Shown piece after piece: positions 26,767 through 35,244 of a stretch of 64,000 nt of DNA (position 1 is the first letter of the stretch; each line of letters begins with the position of its first letter). Made by a program: the position numbers and the translations under genes. The stretch is from a virus. Below the pieces are notes generated by a model. The model had not been told where the DNA came from. It did no database searches and was given only the letters and a program-made list of their open reading frames with translations. Location of the stretch: positions 1-64,000 of IMG/VR virus record IMGVR_UViG_3300017971_000277; one strand, written 5' to 3'.

Positions 26767-26795
26767 AAGGTAGTTTCAAACCTTTAGGAAGTCAA
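26767..26795 (-). promoter_or_regulatory. sigma70-type promoter, probably giving a leaderless helicase mRNA
   Basis: TTGACT-N17-TACCTT, then 6 nt to GTG 26760 with no SD. Confidence 0.65.
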
Positions 26796-26798
26796 GCT

Positions 26799-27293
26799 CT
26801 ACGGAATCGACCCTAGGTTGTCTTGGAACCTAGAGTTGTATAGGTAGGAGAACTCAAACGAATCTCCGGGAGCGACCGGAATCGGAACACTGAAGTTCCC
26901 ACCACCCCAAAGCTGGTCAACGGCTGGGTTTGAGTTGGGGAACAAGCCAGCGTAGGAGACAAGCGCGCCGCCGATGATGTTCCCAGTCCCGGTAATGTCG
27001 AGAACGGTCGAGCCAAACCAAGAGAACTCGCTTGCGCTCAACTCCGCAAAGAAGGTCTTCGTGTGGTTGAAGAACGTCGTGACCCCGTTGGACTGCGCGG
27101 TCGAGTTGATCGTGATTGCGCCCGCGGTGAAGATCAGCGGGTACCACAAGTTGAAGTTGTTAGTCTGCGTGCGGTCACCAAAGACCGTGCGAGTTAGCCC
27201 TTGAAGCGTGACCACGTTGTGGGTGTAGCGCGAAGCGATCTGCCGACCATCGCGCATGACCCGCACGTAGATACCGGGGCGCTTAGGGCGCAT
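26799..27293 (-). CDS. putative tail-tip/structural protein
   Basis: Thr/Gly/Phe-rich beta-type composition at the end of the tail module. Confidence 0.6.
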   Translation of the reverse strand: MRPKRPGIYVRVMRDGRQIASRYTHNVVTLQGLTRTVFGDRTQTNNFNLWYPLIFTAGAITINSTAQSNGVTTFFNHTKTFFAELSASEFSWFGSTVLDITGTGNIIGGALVSYAGLFPNSNPAVDQLWGGGNFSVPIPVAPGDSFEFSYLYNSRFQDNLGSIP

Positions 27294-27984
27294 TCTTCAC
27301 CCTGATCGACGCAACGATGGTCAGGTTGGTCGCCGTTCCCACGTCGGTAAACGCAGAGCCGAACTCGACGCCGAACCACAGTGCTGCCCCGGTCGTGTTG
27401 ACGAACGTCGTTGCTGTCGTTGGCGTGGTGAGGTTGGTGATTAGACGCAGGTTGGTGAAGACTGCACCGGCAGGGGACGACTGGTTCGGGAGGTCGATGA
27501 TCGCGTTGCCCTGGAACCTGTAGTGCGCCTCGCTCAGAGACGGAGAGTTGGTCAGGATCGAGAATCCGCCAAACCCGGTCAGGTTGTTTGCCGACAAGAA
27601 GATGACCGGGTCATTGGGAAAGTAGGTGTAGGACGGGCTGTTGATCGAAGTGGAGCGATCAAACGTTGCATTCGACAGTAGGTAACAGTTTCGTCGCTGA
27701 ATCTGCCCTGTCATCGCTGCGCGCGTGATCTGCTCCAACCCCTCCGCAAAGAAGAACCAGTTGGTGCAGGGAATCACCTCGAACGGGGTGTTGGGGAACG
27801 CAGATGTTGGGTCGAAGTGATTGGCGACAGGAGCGGAGAGGCTCAGATACTCAACGGTGTCTCCAAGCGTGCGGATGTTGGTTTCGTCCTGTAGACGTTG
27901 CCGCGCTCCTACCCCACCAGCCAGCAGACTACGAACATGCGCCCCCAGGAGGGATCTTCCGTCTCCGTATGGAATGTAGGTCAT
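27283..27984 (-). CDS. putative tail-tip/structural protein
   Basis: Composition and module position. Confidence 0.6.
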   Translation of the reverse strand: MTYIPYGDGRSLLGAHVRSLLAGGVGARQRLQDETNIRTLGDTVEYLSLSAPVANHFDPTSAFPNTPFEVIPCTNWFFFAEGLEQITRAAMTGQIQRRNCYLLSNATFDRSTSINSPSYTYFPNDPVIFLSANNLTGFGGFSILTNSPSLSEAHYRFQGNAIIDLPNQSSPAGAVFTNLRLITNLTTPTTATTFVNTTGAALWFGVEFGSAFTDVGTATNLTIVASIRVKNAP

Positions 27985-28766
27985 GCAGGAAGCACAGCCC
28001 AGACGCGACTGTTCACGTTGTTGTCCTGCCAGACGATTCCGGGAAGGCCGGTCCCACCAGGCGGCTGCGAGATGAACAGGATGTCGTAGTCCTCAATGTA
28101 GTCGGGAGTGACGCGCCAGTCCTCGGTATCGCTTCCGTCCGTGGCTTGTAGCGCGTCCTGTCCCGTCCAAGTGAACGTGACCCCGTTGACCGTCTGCCCA
28201 TCGATTCGCGTGCGCTGAAGATCAGGAGGACGCGCTACGACCACCGTTCCGATCTCGGTGCCTGCGTTGTCGAGAAGCTGGCAGACGATTGTGTCGTCCC
28301 CGTTCTCCTTCAGGAGCGCTCTGCGAGTCGCGCCACCAGACGACGAGAAGAGCCCATAGCGGCTCGTGCTGAACGGAGTGTCTTCATAGACCCCGGTGAA
28401 GACCGCAAGGACGATGTCGCCGACACTTGGGGCTGGGACGTTCGCCGGGAAGGTGATGGTGATCGCTTTCGTGGTGAAGTCTGGGTCTTCGATCCAAAGC
28501 GAACTTGCCTCCGGGATCAGCCTCCTACCGCTGCAAAGCTGCGATGACTCGTCCACAGCATCGACTTGGACAGGCCAGTAGAAGTGCGTGTCGTTGCCGA
28601 CCGACTGCGGCGCCTTCTCGAGCCCGAACTCACCCGCCTCGTTGTCCTCTTCCCGGACCTGAAGGGTGATCTGTCTCTCGAGACGCTTGACTCGGTCCAG
28701 CAGACGACCGATGTGCGCTGCGATGAGTTCTTGTCCGAGAAGAGCCGGGAGTTCAGGTTCAGCCAT
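27981..28766 (-). CDS. putative tail/baseplate protein
   Basis: N-terminal coiled segment (LLDRVKRLERQ) then beta-rich domains; follows the hub-like gene. Confidence 0.55.
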   Translation of the reverse strand: MAEPELPALLGQELIAAHIGRLLDRVKRLERQITLQVREEDNEAGEFGLEKAPQSVGNDTHFYWPVQVDAVDESSQLCSGRRLIPEASSLWIEDPDFTTKAITITFPANVPAPSVGDIVLAVFTGVYEDTPFSTSRYGLFSSSGGATRRALLKENGDDTIVCQLLDNAGTEIGTVVVARPPDLQRTRIDGQTVNGVTFTWTGQDALQATDGSDTEDWRVTPDYIEDYDILFISQPPGGTGLPGIVWQDNNVNSRVWAVLPA

Positions 28767-31111
28767 TAGGTGTTCAGCAGGCCAGCCGTATCGCTGGTCA
28801 GGTTGAGGGTGCTAAGACCACGCTTGCCGAAATTGTAGATGTACTCGGTCAGGAACGCGTCGATGGACTCAATCCCCGTCTTCTTGGTCGGGTGCTGCAC
28901 GCGCACCTTTGCGTTCAGTTCGATGAACTGCTCGATCGGATCGCCACCGATCGGAACGTCTCCCTCGACCACCACGTCCTTGTAGAGATTGAGACGCCCG
29001 ACTGCGTTCTCGATCGTGACCTCATCTCGACTAACCGTCTCGTAGAGAACCCGCTCGACTCCGTACTGCGTGAACGCGGTGCCGGTGAAGCCCGCGGTGG
29101 GGAACCGCACCGAAGTCAGCAAATCCTGCTGAGGGATCGTCGTGACGATCGTGATTGACGTCCCGGCACTCGTGATGGTGGTGACCGACGACGGGTTGTT
29201 GAAGAACCCACCTCGCTGGTAGTAGGTCAGCGTGACCTCTTCAGGACCGATCACGTCGCCGGGGATGTAGGGGTCGCCGCGGGTGAAGACGTGGAAGCGC
29301 GCGATGAACAGGCGTCGGTTTTCGATCAGGCGTCCGTTGATCGGAACCCAACGCTCCTCCCCTCCCCAGTACTTGATCTTCGCGCGCAGGTTCGCAGGCG
29401 TGCCGGGGAGACGATCGATGTCCTGATCGAACGTCCAGCGCCGGTAGACCCAGGTGTACTCGTTCTCGAGTGTGAACGGATTCGGCTGATTAGCCGTCAG
29501 CAGGTTCCAGTCGTCCTCGAGTTCCGGCAGCCAGAGAGGCCGGAGGCTGATCTCCGCGCGCTGAAGCTGAAGACCCGACTCGAGCAGCCCTTCTTCTTGA
29601 TAGAGGATCGAGTTGTCTTGCTCGTCCTCCTGCTCGGTGTAGAGCACGATCGCGGTGAACCTATCCTGCGTGCTCACGTCGAAATTCAACGACTCGACGT
29701 TGACCGAGCAGACGTTCACGATGTTCGTCGGAGCCGTCAGCAGGTTGTGGAACTGCCACGTCTGCGATGCGTCGTCGTAGTAGAGCTTGACGCCAGATTC
29801 GCCACTCGCAAGCTGCTGGACCGCACTAGCGAAGCCGACATTATTCAGCCGAACCGTATCGCTGATGAAGCCGGAGAACTGCTCGAGGCCGGGGTTGCCG
29901 ATCGTGGCCGGAATCCCTGCGGCAGCCAGGTCAGGAGACGCACGCTCGAACACCTCCTGAATTGCAGTAGCAATCGGAATGGTGAACGTCTGGCGAATCT
30001 CTGCACCGAACGGAGTGACCGTAGTGACCGTAGTCCCTGCGGTGAAGATGATGTCGGGTCGTCCGGCAGTGTTGAGGACCGTGATTTCGTTTGCGATCTG
30101 GTAGAAGCCAAGAGCCTCGTATTCGATCGCCTCGTTGTTGTTTTCTCCGACGTGCGTCCGGTTCTTGATCTTCCCCGTGAAGATCCGCTGGAACATACTT
30201 CCGGTGCCGGTGAAGTCGAAGTCGAGAGTGACCTCATCCTCCGGGTCGAAGGTGGGAAACCCGATCTCCGGGGTAGCGATCTCGCTGAAGTTGAGGCTCT
30301 TACCGTCGTAGCTGATGCGGAGGCTGTCGAGGTTGAAGAAGCAGTTCGTGCCTAGGTCGATCGGCGTCCCCGCAACCGTGAACAGCAAGCTGTTCGGGTC
30401 CGCTGGGTTGATGAGGTCGCCGGCAAGGGGAGGGTTGACCACCGGGCGATAGAGTTGTTCCTCGAGCCCGAAGGTGGCCTTCCCGACCCAGGGGAAGGTG
30501 AAGATCGTCTTCTTGCGTCCGGTGAACTCAAGCTCAGCCTCACCGACCATCTGGAAGCTAGACGGGGGGTTTGGGTTGAACTGCGCCTGGGCATTTCCTT
30601 CGAAGCCGAACTCGCCGAAGAGCTTGACCACCCCATTGAATTCAAGGTCTGCGTTGGCCTCGAGTTCGAAGCCTGCTGTCCTACGCACGAACCCGCTGAA
30701 CCCAGACTCCGCTTCACCCTCCAACGCGAAGGTGAAGATCTTGGTGTAAGCCCACTCCATCGTCGCTTCGCCTTCGAAGGCGAAAGTCTGAGGAATCGTG
30801 ATCTCGGGACGGTATTGAGAATCTGCGACGCCTTCCCAGCGCCAGCTAGGAGGGACGAAGGTGTAGACACCCGTGTATTCGCCGAGCGCTTCTCCCTGCC
30901 ACTGCCAGAACGGAATCGTGTCGTTGTTGGCTACGTCCACGGCACTAGCGCCGGGAAGAACACCACCAGGCGCGGCGAGGTAAACATCCACGGCACTAGC
31001 ACCACCGGATATTCCTCCCGTGTCCGCTAGCGCTACATCAACCGCACTGGCTCCATTGACGGTGTCGTCAAGGATCGCAGTGAGTTCAACGATTCCCGAG
31101 AGGTGAGGCAT
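28766..31111 (-). CDS. large minor tail / baseplate hub-like protein with N-terminal repeats
   Basis: 781 aa; GASAVDV x3 and about 8 F/W-x-F/W/L-EGxA-like repeats; RIFTGKI hub-like motif. Confidence 0.65.
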   Translation of the reverse strand: MPHLSGIVELTAILDDTVNGASAVDVALADTGGISGGASAVDVYLAAPGGVLPGASAVDVANNDTIPFWQWQGEALGEYTGVYTFVPPSWRWEGVADSQYRPEITIPQTFAFEGEATMEWAYTKIFTFALEGEAESGFSGFVRRTAGFELEANADLEFNGVVKLFGEFGFEGNAQAQFNPNPPSSFQMVGEAELEFTGRKKTIFTFPWVGKATFGLEEQLYRPVVNPPLAGDLINPADPNSLLFTVAGTPIDLGTNCFFNLDSLRISYDGKSLNFSEIATPEIGFPTFDPEDEVTLDFDFTGTGSMFQRIFTGKIKNRTHVGENNNEAIEYEALGFYQIANEITVLNTAGRPDIIFTAGTTVTTVTPFGAEIRQTFTIPIATAIQEVFERASPDLAAAGIPATIGNPGLEQFSGFISDTVRLNNVGFASAVQQLASGESGVKLYYDDASQTWQFHNLLTAPTNIVNVCSVNVESLNFDVSTQDRFTAIVLYTEQEDEQDNSILYQEEGLLESGLQLQRAEISLRPLWLPELEDDWNLLTANQPNPFTLENEYTWVYRRWTFDQDIDRLPGTPANLRAKIKYWGGEERWVPINGRLIENRRLFIARFHVFTRGDPYIPGDVIGPEEVTLTYYQRGGFFNNPSSVTTITSAGTSITIVTTIPQQDLLTSVRFPTAGFTGTAFTQYGVERVLYETVSRDEVTIENAVGRLNLYKDVVVEGDVPIGGDPIEQFIELNAKVRVQHPTKKTGIESIDAFLTEYIYNFGKRGLSTLNLTSDTAGLLNT

Positions 31112-32595
31112 TAGGACTTAGAGGCGCTCGCGTACCACGCGGTCGGATCACCCGCGGGGATCGAGTCGTCGATGGTCTTGTGGATGACGCTGAGCGTAGA
31201 CGTTCCGTCCGCATCCCAGTCCTCTACGACCCAGACGCCAGGACTCTCCTCGACCAAGGAAGCACCAGCTTGCCCAAGTCCCCCAGAAGGGACTTCCAGC
31301 GTCGCCTGGTTGTCTGGTGCGCCTGGGGGGTAGTCGTAGTAGAGGCGAATCTTGGTGTCCGCGTTACCAGGGTCCCCGCCGATGCGGTAGGTACGCTGGA
31401 CGCCATCCTGAACCGGGGTAGGGAGTGCCGTCTGAAGCACCCACAGGTTGCCGTCCGTCCATTGGACGTGATTTCCGTAGTAGGGGCAGTTGAGCGAGCC
31501 GTGAATCTCGGAGTTGAACTCCGTGTTCCCTACGAACGTCACCCCGCTGCCGGTGTGCTCGAACAGGATGATCCCCGCACCGCTCGACGCTAGGCCGAAA
31601 CGGAGTTGGATGAAGCACCGCTCATCCCCAAGCGGCGTCTGGAGATCGTAGTAGTTTGAGAAGCCCCAGTTGAGGCTGCTCACCGTGCTATTTAGCCCAC
31701 CACCAGGGCGTAGGAGCGGATCGAGCAGCGTGTTGGTGACATCCGTGATCGTTCCGAGTCCTGGGTCATACTCGAATAGCCCAGCCCCACCTCCGGTTGC
31801 AGGAGCGCAGATGTAGAGCAGGCTTCCGCGCGCCCAGAGCCCAACAATCCCCTGCGGAGCACCAAGGGTGAAAGCAGGGACGGTGATCGTAGGGACGGTG
31901 ATGACATCCACCCACGCGCCACCAAGGATGACTTGTAGCGTATACGAGCCACCGGACGTTGTTCCGTTTACCCGGTACACGTTGTTGTTGATGGTGGCGA
32001 GGCAACTTTGAACGATGGATCCCGACCCGCCAGACACGTCCGTAATCGACGCGTCCTCGATGTTGAAGATCTTGGTGAACACTCCTGTTCCGGAAGATGA
32101 ACGCGCAGCGTTGGCGTAGAACAGCGCCCCGACAACGAGCGCGGGCGGAGAATCGAGCGTCCTCGAGACCTCCCCACTAGAAGTAGTCGTCTGCACGACT
32201 CCGGGGGTGTTGTAAAACCAGCGCAGGTAGATAGGGATGCTGTTCCCGAAGCTGTTGGCCCCAGCAACACGCGCAACCAAACCGGGGCCGTTCGAACTCA
32301 AGAACGGGTGAAATCCGGTGAACGCCGCAGAGGAAGTCGTGTTGCGCGTGTAGAGGGTTTGCCAAGTGAACGGCGGGCTGCCGGTAATTACCGCGTTCAC
32401 CGCTCGCCACTCGTTGTTCATAACGTGGATGTAGCCACCCATATGAGCAGCGACGTTGTAGTTGTTCTGTTTGTAGGACGAAGTCGTGAGAAGCGACCCA
32501 CCGGGGTTGTCAACGACTTGGAGGAACCTCCCTGCGACTGCACGCAGCAGGCTCGTGGTGCCGGTCCTGTAGACCGTGTTTAGGAAGTTTCCCAT
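31111..32595 (-). CDS. putative receptor-binding/tail protein (beta-propeller-like)
   Basis: 494 aa, Gly/Thr/Ser-rich; apparent paralog of 32852-34378. Confidence 0.55.
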   Translation of the reverse strand: MGNFLNTVYRTGTTSLLRAVAGRFLQVVDNPGGSLLTTSSYKQNNYNVAAHMGGYIHVMNNEWRAVNAVITGSPPFTWQTLYTRNTTSSAAFTGFHPFLSSNGPGLVARVAGANSFGNSIPIYLRWFYNTPGVVQTTTSSGEVSRTLDSPPALVVGALFYANAARSSSGTGVFTKIFNIEDASITDVSGGSGSIVQSCLATINNNVYRVNGTTSGGSYTLQVILGGAWVDVITVPTITVPAFTLGAPQGIVGLWARGSLLYICAPATGGGAGLFEYDPGLGTITDVTNTLLDPLLRPGGGLNSTVSSLNWGFSNYYDLQTPLGDERCFIQLRFGLASSGAGIILFEHTGSGVTFVGNTEFNSEIHGSLNCPYYGNHVQWTDGNLWVLQTALPTPVQDGVQRTYRIGGDPGNADTKIRLYYDYPPGAPDNQATLEVPSGGLGQAGASLVEESPGVWVVEDWDADGTSTLSVIHKTIDDSIPAGDPTAWYASASKS

Positions 32596-32604
32596 TTGAG
32601 TACC

Positions 32605-32844
32605 CTATCTGCTGAGGGTGATGATGTTAATAGAGCCGTCGTCTTGCACGTCGGCTCGCTTGACTTCGGCGATGGTGGCGCGCACGCCATTGATGCAGAT
32701 CTCGTCGCCAGCGACTACGTTTTCCGCCAGCTTGGTCGTAACGAGATCGCACATCGTGATCGCAGTTCCCAGCGGCGCAGCCGCAGAACCATCGGACGGG
32801 CCATCCACGAAGACGAAGATGATGTTGGTTTCGACCGTAGGCAT
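32605..32844 (-). CDS. small tail-module protein
   Basis: 79 aa with AGGAG SD. Confidence 0.6.
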   Translation of the reverse strand: MPTVETNIIFVFVDGPSDGSAAAPLGTAITMCDLVTTKLAENVVAGDEICINGVRATIAEVKRADVQDDGSINIITLSR

Positions 32845-32851
32845 GACGCTC

Positions 32852-34378
32852 CTATGGGGCTGGCATGTTTGCTGCTTCAGTTAGCAGCAGATCAATGTAG
32901 ACATCGCCGGGGAAGTCTAGGCCAAGATCAGCGACGCGATCCCAGATGATGGCACTGGCTGTTCCTGAAGGCGAGCTTGTGACGTTGTCGATGCGCTTCT
33001 GCCCGCTATTGAGCGCTCCAGTAGGGCCGGAGAACCCGATCGGCGTCCCAGAGTTTTGCGGAAGCCTCGAGCCATCTCCGTTGCTCGGCCCTGCCCCGCG
33101 AGCACGGTAGTAGACCCGCGACGAGAGGAACGTGGACGCCACATCGAAAGCGTAGTAGGAGAGCCGCACAGCACCGGGGTTGACGGTTTCGTCTGGAGCC
33201 ACCAAGTAGGGAAGGATCTTCCGGTTGTAGTTGATGATCTCCGGGCCAAGTCCGAACCCACTGCTGTAGCTGACCCCACCAGGCGTAGCAGGGTTGTTGA
33301 CGATTGCGCCGACGCCACCCGTGGTCGCGAGAGGGGCGGAGATCATCGGGATCAGGAATGGAACCGTCGCAGGGTTCACTCCGTTGTTTCCCCGATGGAA
33401 GTAGAGACGATGCTGCGTGTCTAGGCCCGGAGCCGTGTCGCTGTCCGAGATCACGTTCACAGCCGCAGTGGTGGAGAACTGGTTCGTACTGGCGAACGTG
33501 TGGCTGACGTTGGTGACCGTGAGCGCGGAATACAACGTCTCCGTGGCCTCCACCCTGTAGATGTTCAGCGTGAACCCGCTGGTCTGCGGCCACAGAACGA
33601 GGACGTTGGTAGCCGACTTCGCAACTGCGAACGTTCCCCCAGGCGCCAGTCCGAACGATCCCAGCGTCGTCGGAGAAGCCCAGTTTGGACCCTCCCACAT
33701 CTGGAGACTTCCTAAGTTGAGCCCGACGAGGAACAACCTCCGACCGAGCACGAAAAACGTGTCTCGTGGATCGTTCGTCTTGGTGGGGCGGGGGATCTCC
33801 TCGACCACGTTCTGCTCAGGATCGAAGGTACACATCAAACCTTCGGCAGAGAGGTAGAGTTTGCCTCGATACGCCACCGGAACCGTCATGGCAGTCACAG
33901 CGACGGACACCGAAGTCGTGAACGAACTCCACGTTCCAGCAAGAACGTCCAACACGACCACACCAATAGCGTTGCCCGTCGCCTTGTAGAACCCAGCGAC
34001 GTAGTACTTCCCGTCTCGACCGAAGAAATCGTAGAGCCCGGTGTGGATACCGTACCCCAGTGCGGTATCTTGGTTCGTCGTCGTGTGAACGACAGCCCAT
34101 CCGGGAGTCGGCGCACCGTCTGCTCGCCAGATCTGGTTGCCTTGGTAGATAAACGCACCGTAGCCGTTCGCCAGGTTCCTACCTGGCGTCGGCATCATGA
34201 TGACGCGGTCGTAGGCATAGTAGTTGTTGCTGAGCCCTGGGTTCTCCTGCGTGTATCCGCTCAACGTCGGGAAGAACCCCGTGTTTGACCACAGGGTTCC
34301 ATTGTTGACGTAGGTCCCCGGCGTGACGGTCGGGGACGACATTGGACCAGTGACAGGACGAAACCAAGGCGTCGGCAT
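32852..34378 (-). CDS. putative receptor-binding/tail protein (beta-propeller-like)
   Basis: 508 aa with repeated beta-hairpin-like W/G motifs. Confidence 0.55.
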   Translation of the reverse strand: MPTPWFRPVTGPMSSPTVTPGTYVNNGTLWSNTGFFPTLSGYTQENPGLSNNYYAYDRVIMMPTPGRNLANGYGAFIYQGNQIWRADGAPTPGWAVVHTTTNQDTALGYGIHTGLYDFFGRDGKYYVAGFYKATGNAIGVVVLDVLAGTWSSFTTSVSVAVTAMTVPVAYRGKLYLSAEGLMCTFDPEQNVVEEIPRPTKTNDPRDTFFVLGRRLFLVGLNLGSLQMWEGPNWASPTTLGSFGLAPGGTFAVAKSATNVLVLWPQTSGFTLNIYRVEATETLYSALTVTNVSHTFASTNQFSTTAAVNVISDSDTAPGLDTQHRLYFHRGNNGVNPATVPFLIPMISAPLATTGGVGAIVNNPATPGGVSYSSGFGLGPEIINYNRKILPYLVAPDETVNPGAVRLSYYAFDVASTFLSSRVYYRARGAGPSNGDGSRLPQNSGTPIGFSGPTGALNSGQKRIDNVTSSPSGTASAIIWDRVADLGLDFPGDVYIDLLLTEAANMPAP

Positions 34379-34384
34379 CGGCTA

Positions 34385-34792
34385 CTAGTCCAGACGGATG
34401 TAGAAGTTCCCGGAGGGGACCTCGAACACGTCGTCGGTCTGGATCGTGCGGACGCTGGTCGGCTCTCCCCAGTAGAGGAGGTTGCCAGACCCAATAGCCT
34501 CGGAGTCGAACACCGCTCCCGCCACGATGGCACCCCACGGGGTGGTAGCCGGGGAGAAGGTCAGCGTAGCACTATTCACGCACGACCAGTCCGGGCCGCT
34601 CGTAGGCTCGCTGAACTCCACCAGCTTGCGCTCGTAGCCAAGACCAGAAGCGACCTCGGTGAAGTTGACCTCACTGCCGGTCGTGGTGATCGCGGTGCCG
34701 AGAGCGAAGTAGAGCGTGCTCGGGCTGGTGAAGGTGGACCCGAGCAGCGTAGCGCCGAGAAGCTGCTGCTCGAGGTAGTCGCTGAAGTTCAT
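34385..34792 (-). CDS. phage tail structural protein (MxFSDYLE...GNLLYWG family)
   Basis: FSDYLE, TEVASG.GYER, FSPAT.PWG.I, FD...GNLLYWG: a widespread phage tail family. Confidence 0.75.
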   Translation of the reverse strand: MNFSDYLEQQLLGATLLGSTFTSPSTLYFALGTAITTTGSEVNFTEVASGLGYERKLVEFSEPTSGPDWSCVNSATLTFSPATTPWGAIVAGAVFDSEAIGSGNLLYWGEPTSVRTIQTDDVFEVPSGNFYIRLD

Positions 34793-35244
34793 GGAGTCCT
34801 CGTAGGCTTGACGTTCCCAACGAACGTGAGTCTGAAGTAGCCGGCTCGAAACAGTCCGAGATCGGTCGGGTCTTCTTGGCGGAAGTCCTCGAGATAGCAG
34901 CCACCATAGCTGATCTCGCTGAACCCAGTCACGCTGGCAACGCTGCTGACCAGCGTCAGAGTCGCCACGTCCGACATAATCAGGTCTTCCAAGTCGTAGC
35001 CGAACTGGACGAACTCCCCTCGAGACGCCTCCTCGCGGTAGACCTTGAACTCGTGGCGGAAGATCTGCGCGGGGTAGCGCCCGTCGAGAAGCACGTCAGG
35101 GCACCAGAAGTTCTGCCGCTCTGCGATCGGGGTAAGTCGCGCAGCCTGCGCCAGACGGAAGTCCTGCACGAAGTCCCCAACAACGGCAGTCGAGAACACC
35201 AGGGTCATGTTTCCGGCGAACACCGGCTCGAGGTTGTTAGGCAT
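34789..35244 (-). CDS. putative distal tail protein
   Basis: 151 aa immediately after the tape measure. Confidence 0.5.
   Translation of the reverse strand: MPNNLEPVFAGNMTLVFSTAVVGDFVQDFRLAQAARLTPIAERQNFWCPDVLLDGRYPAQIFRHEFKVYREEASRGEFVQFGYDLEDLIMSDVATLTLVSSVASVTGFSEISYGGCYLEDFRQEDPTDLGLFRAGYFRLTFVGNVKPTRTP

Noticed and set aside
26799-34378. Diversity-generating retroelement acting on tail proteins
   Set aside because: No reverse transcriptase and no TR/VR pair noticed by eye.
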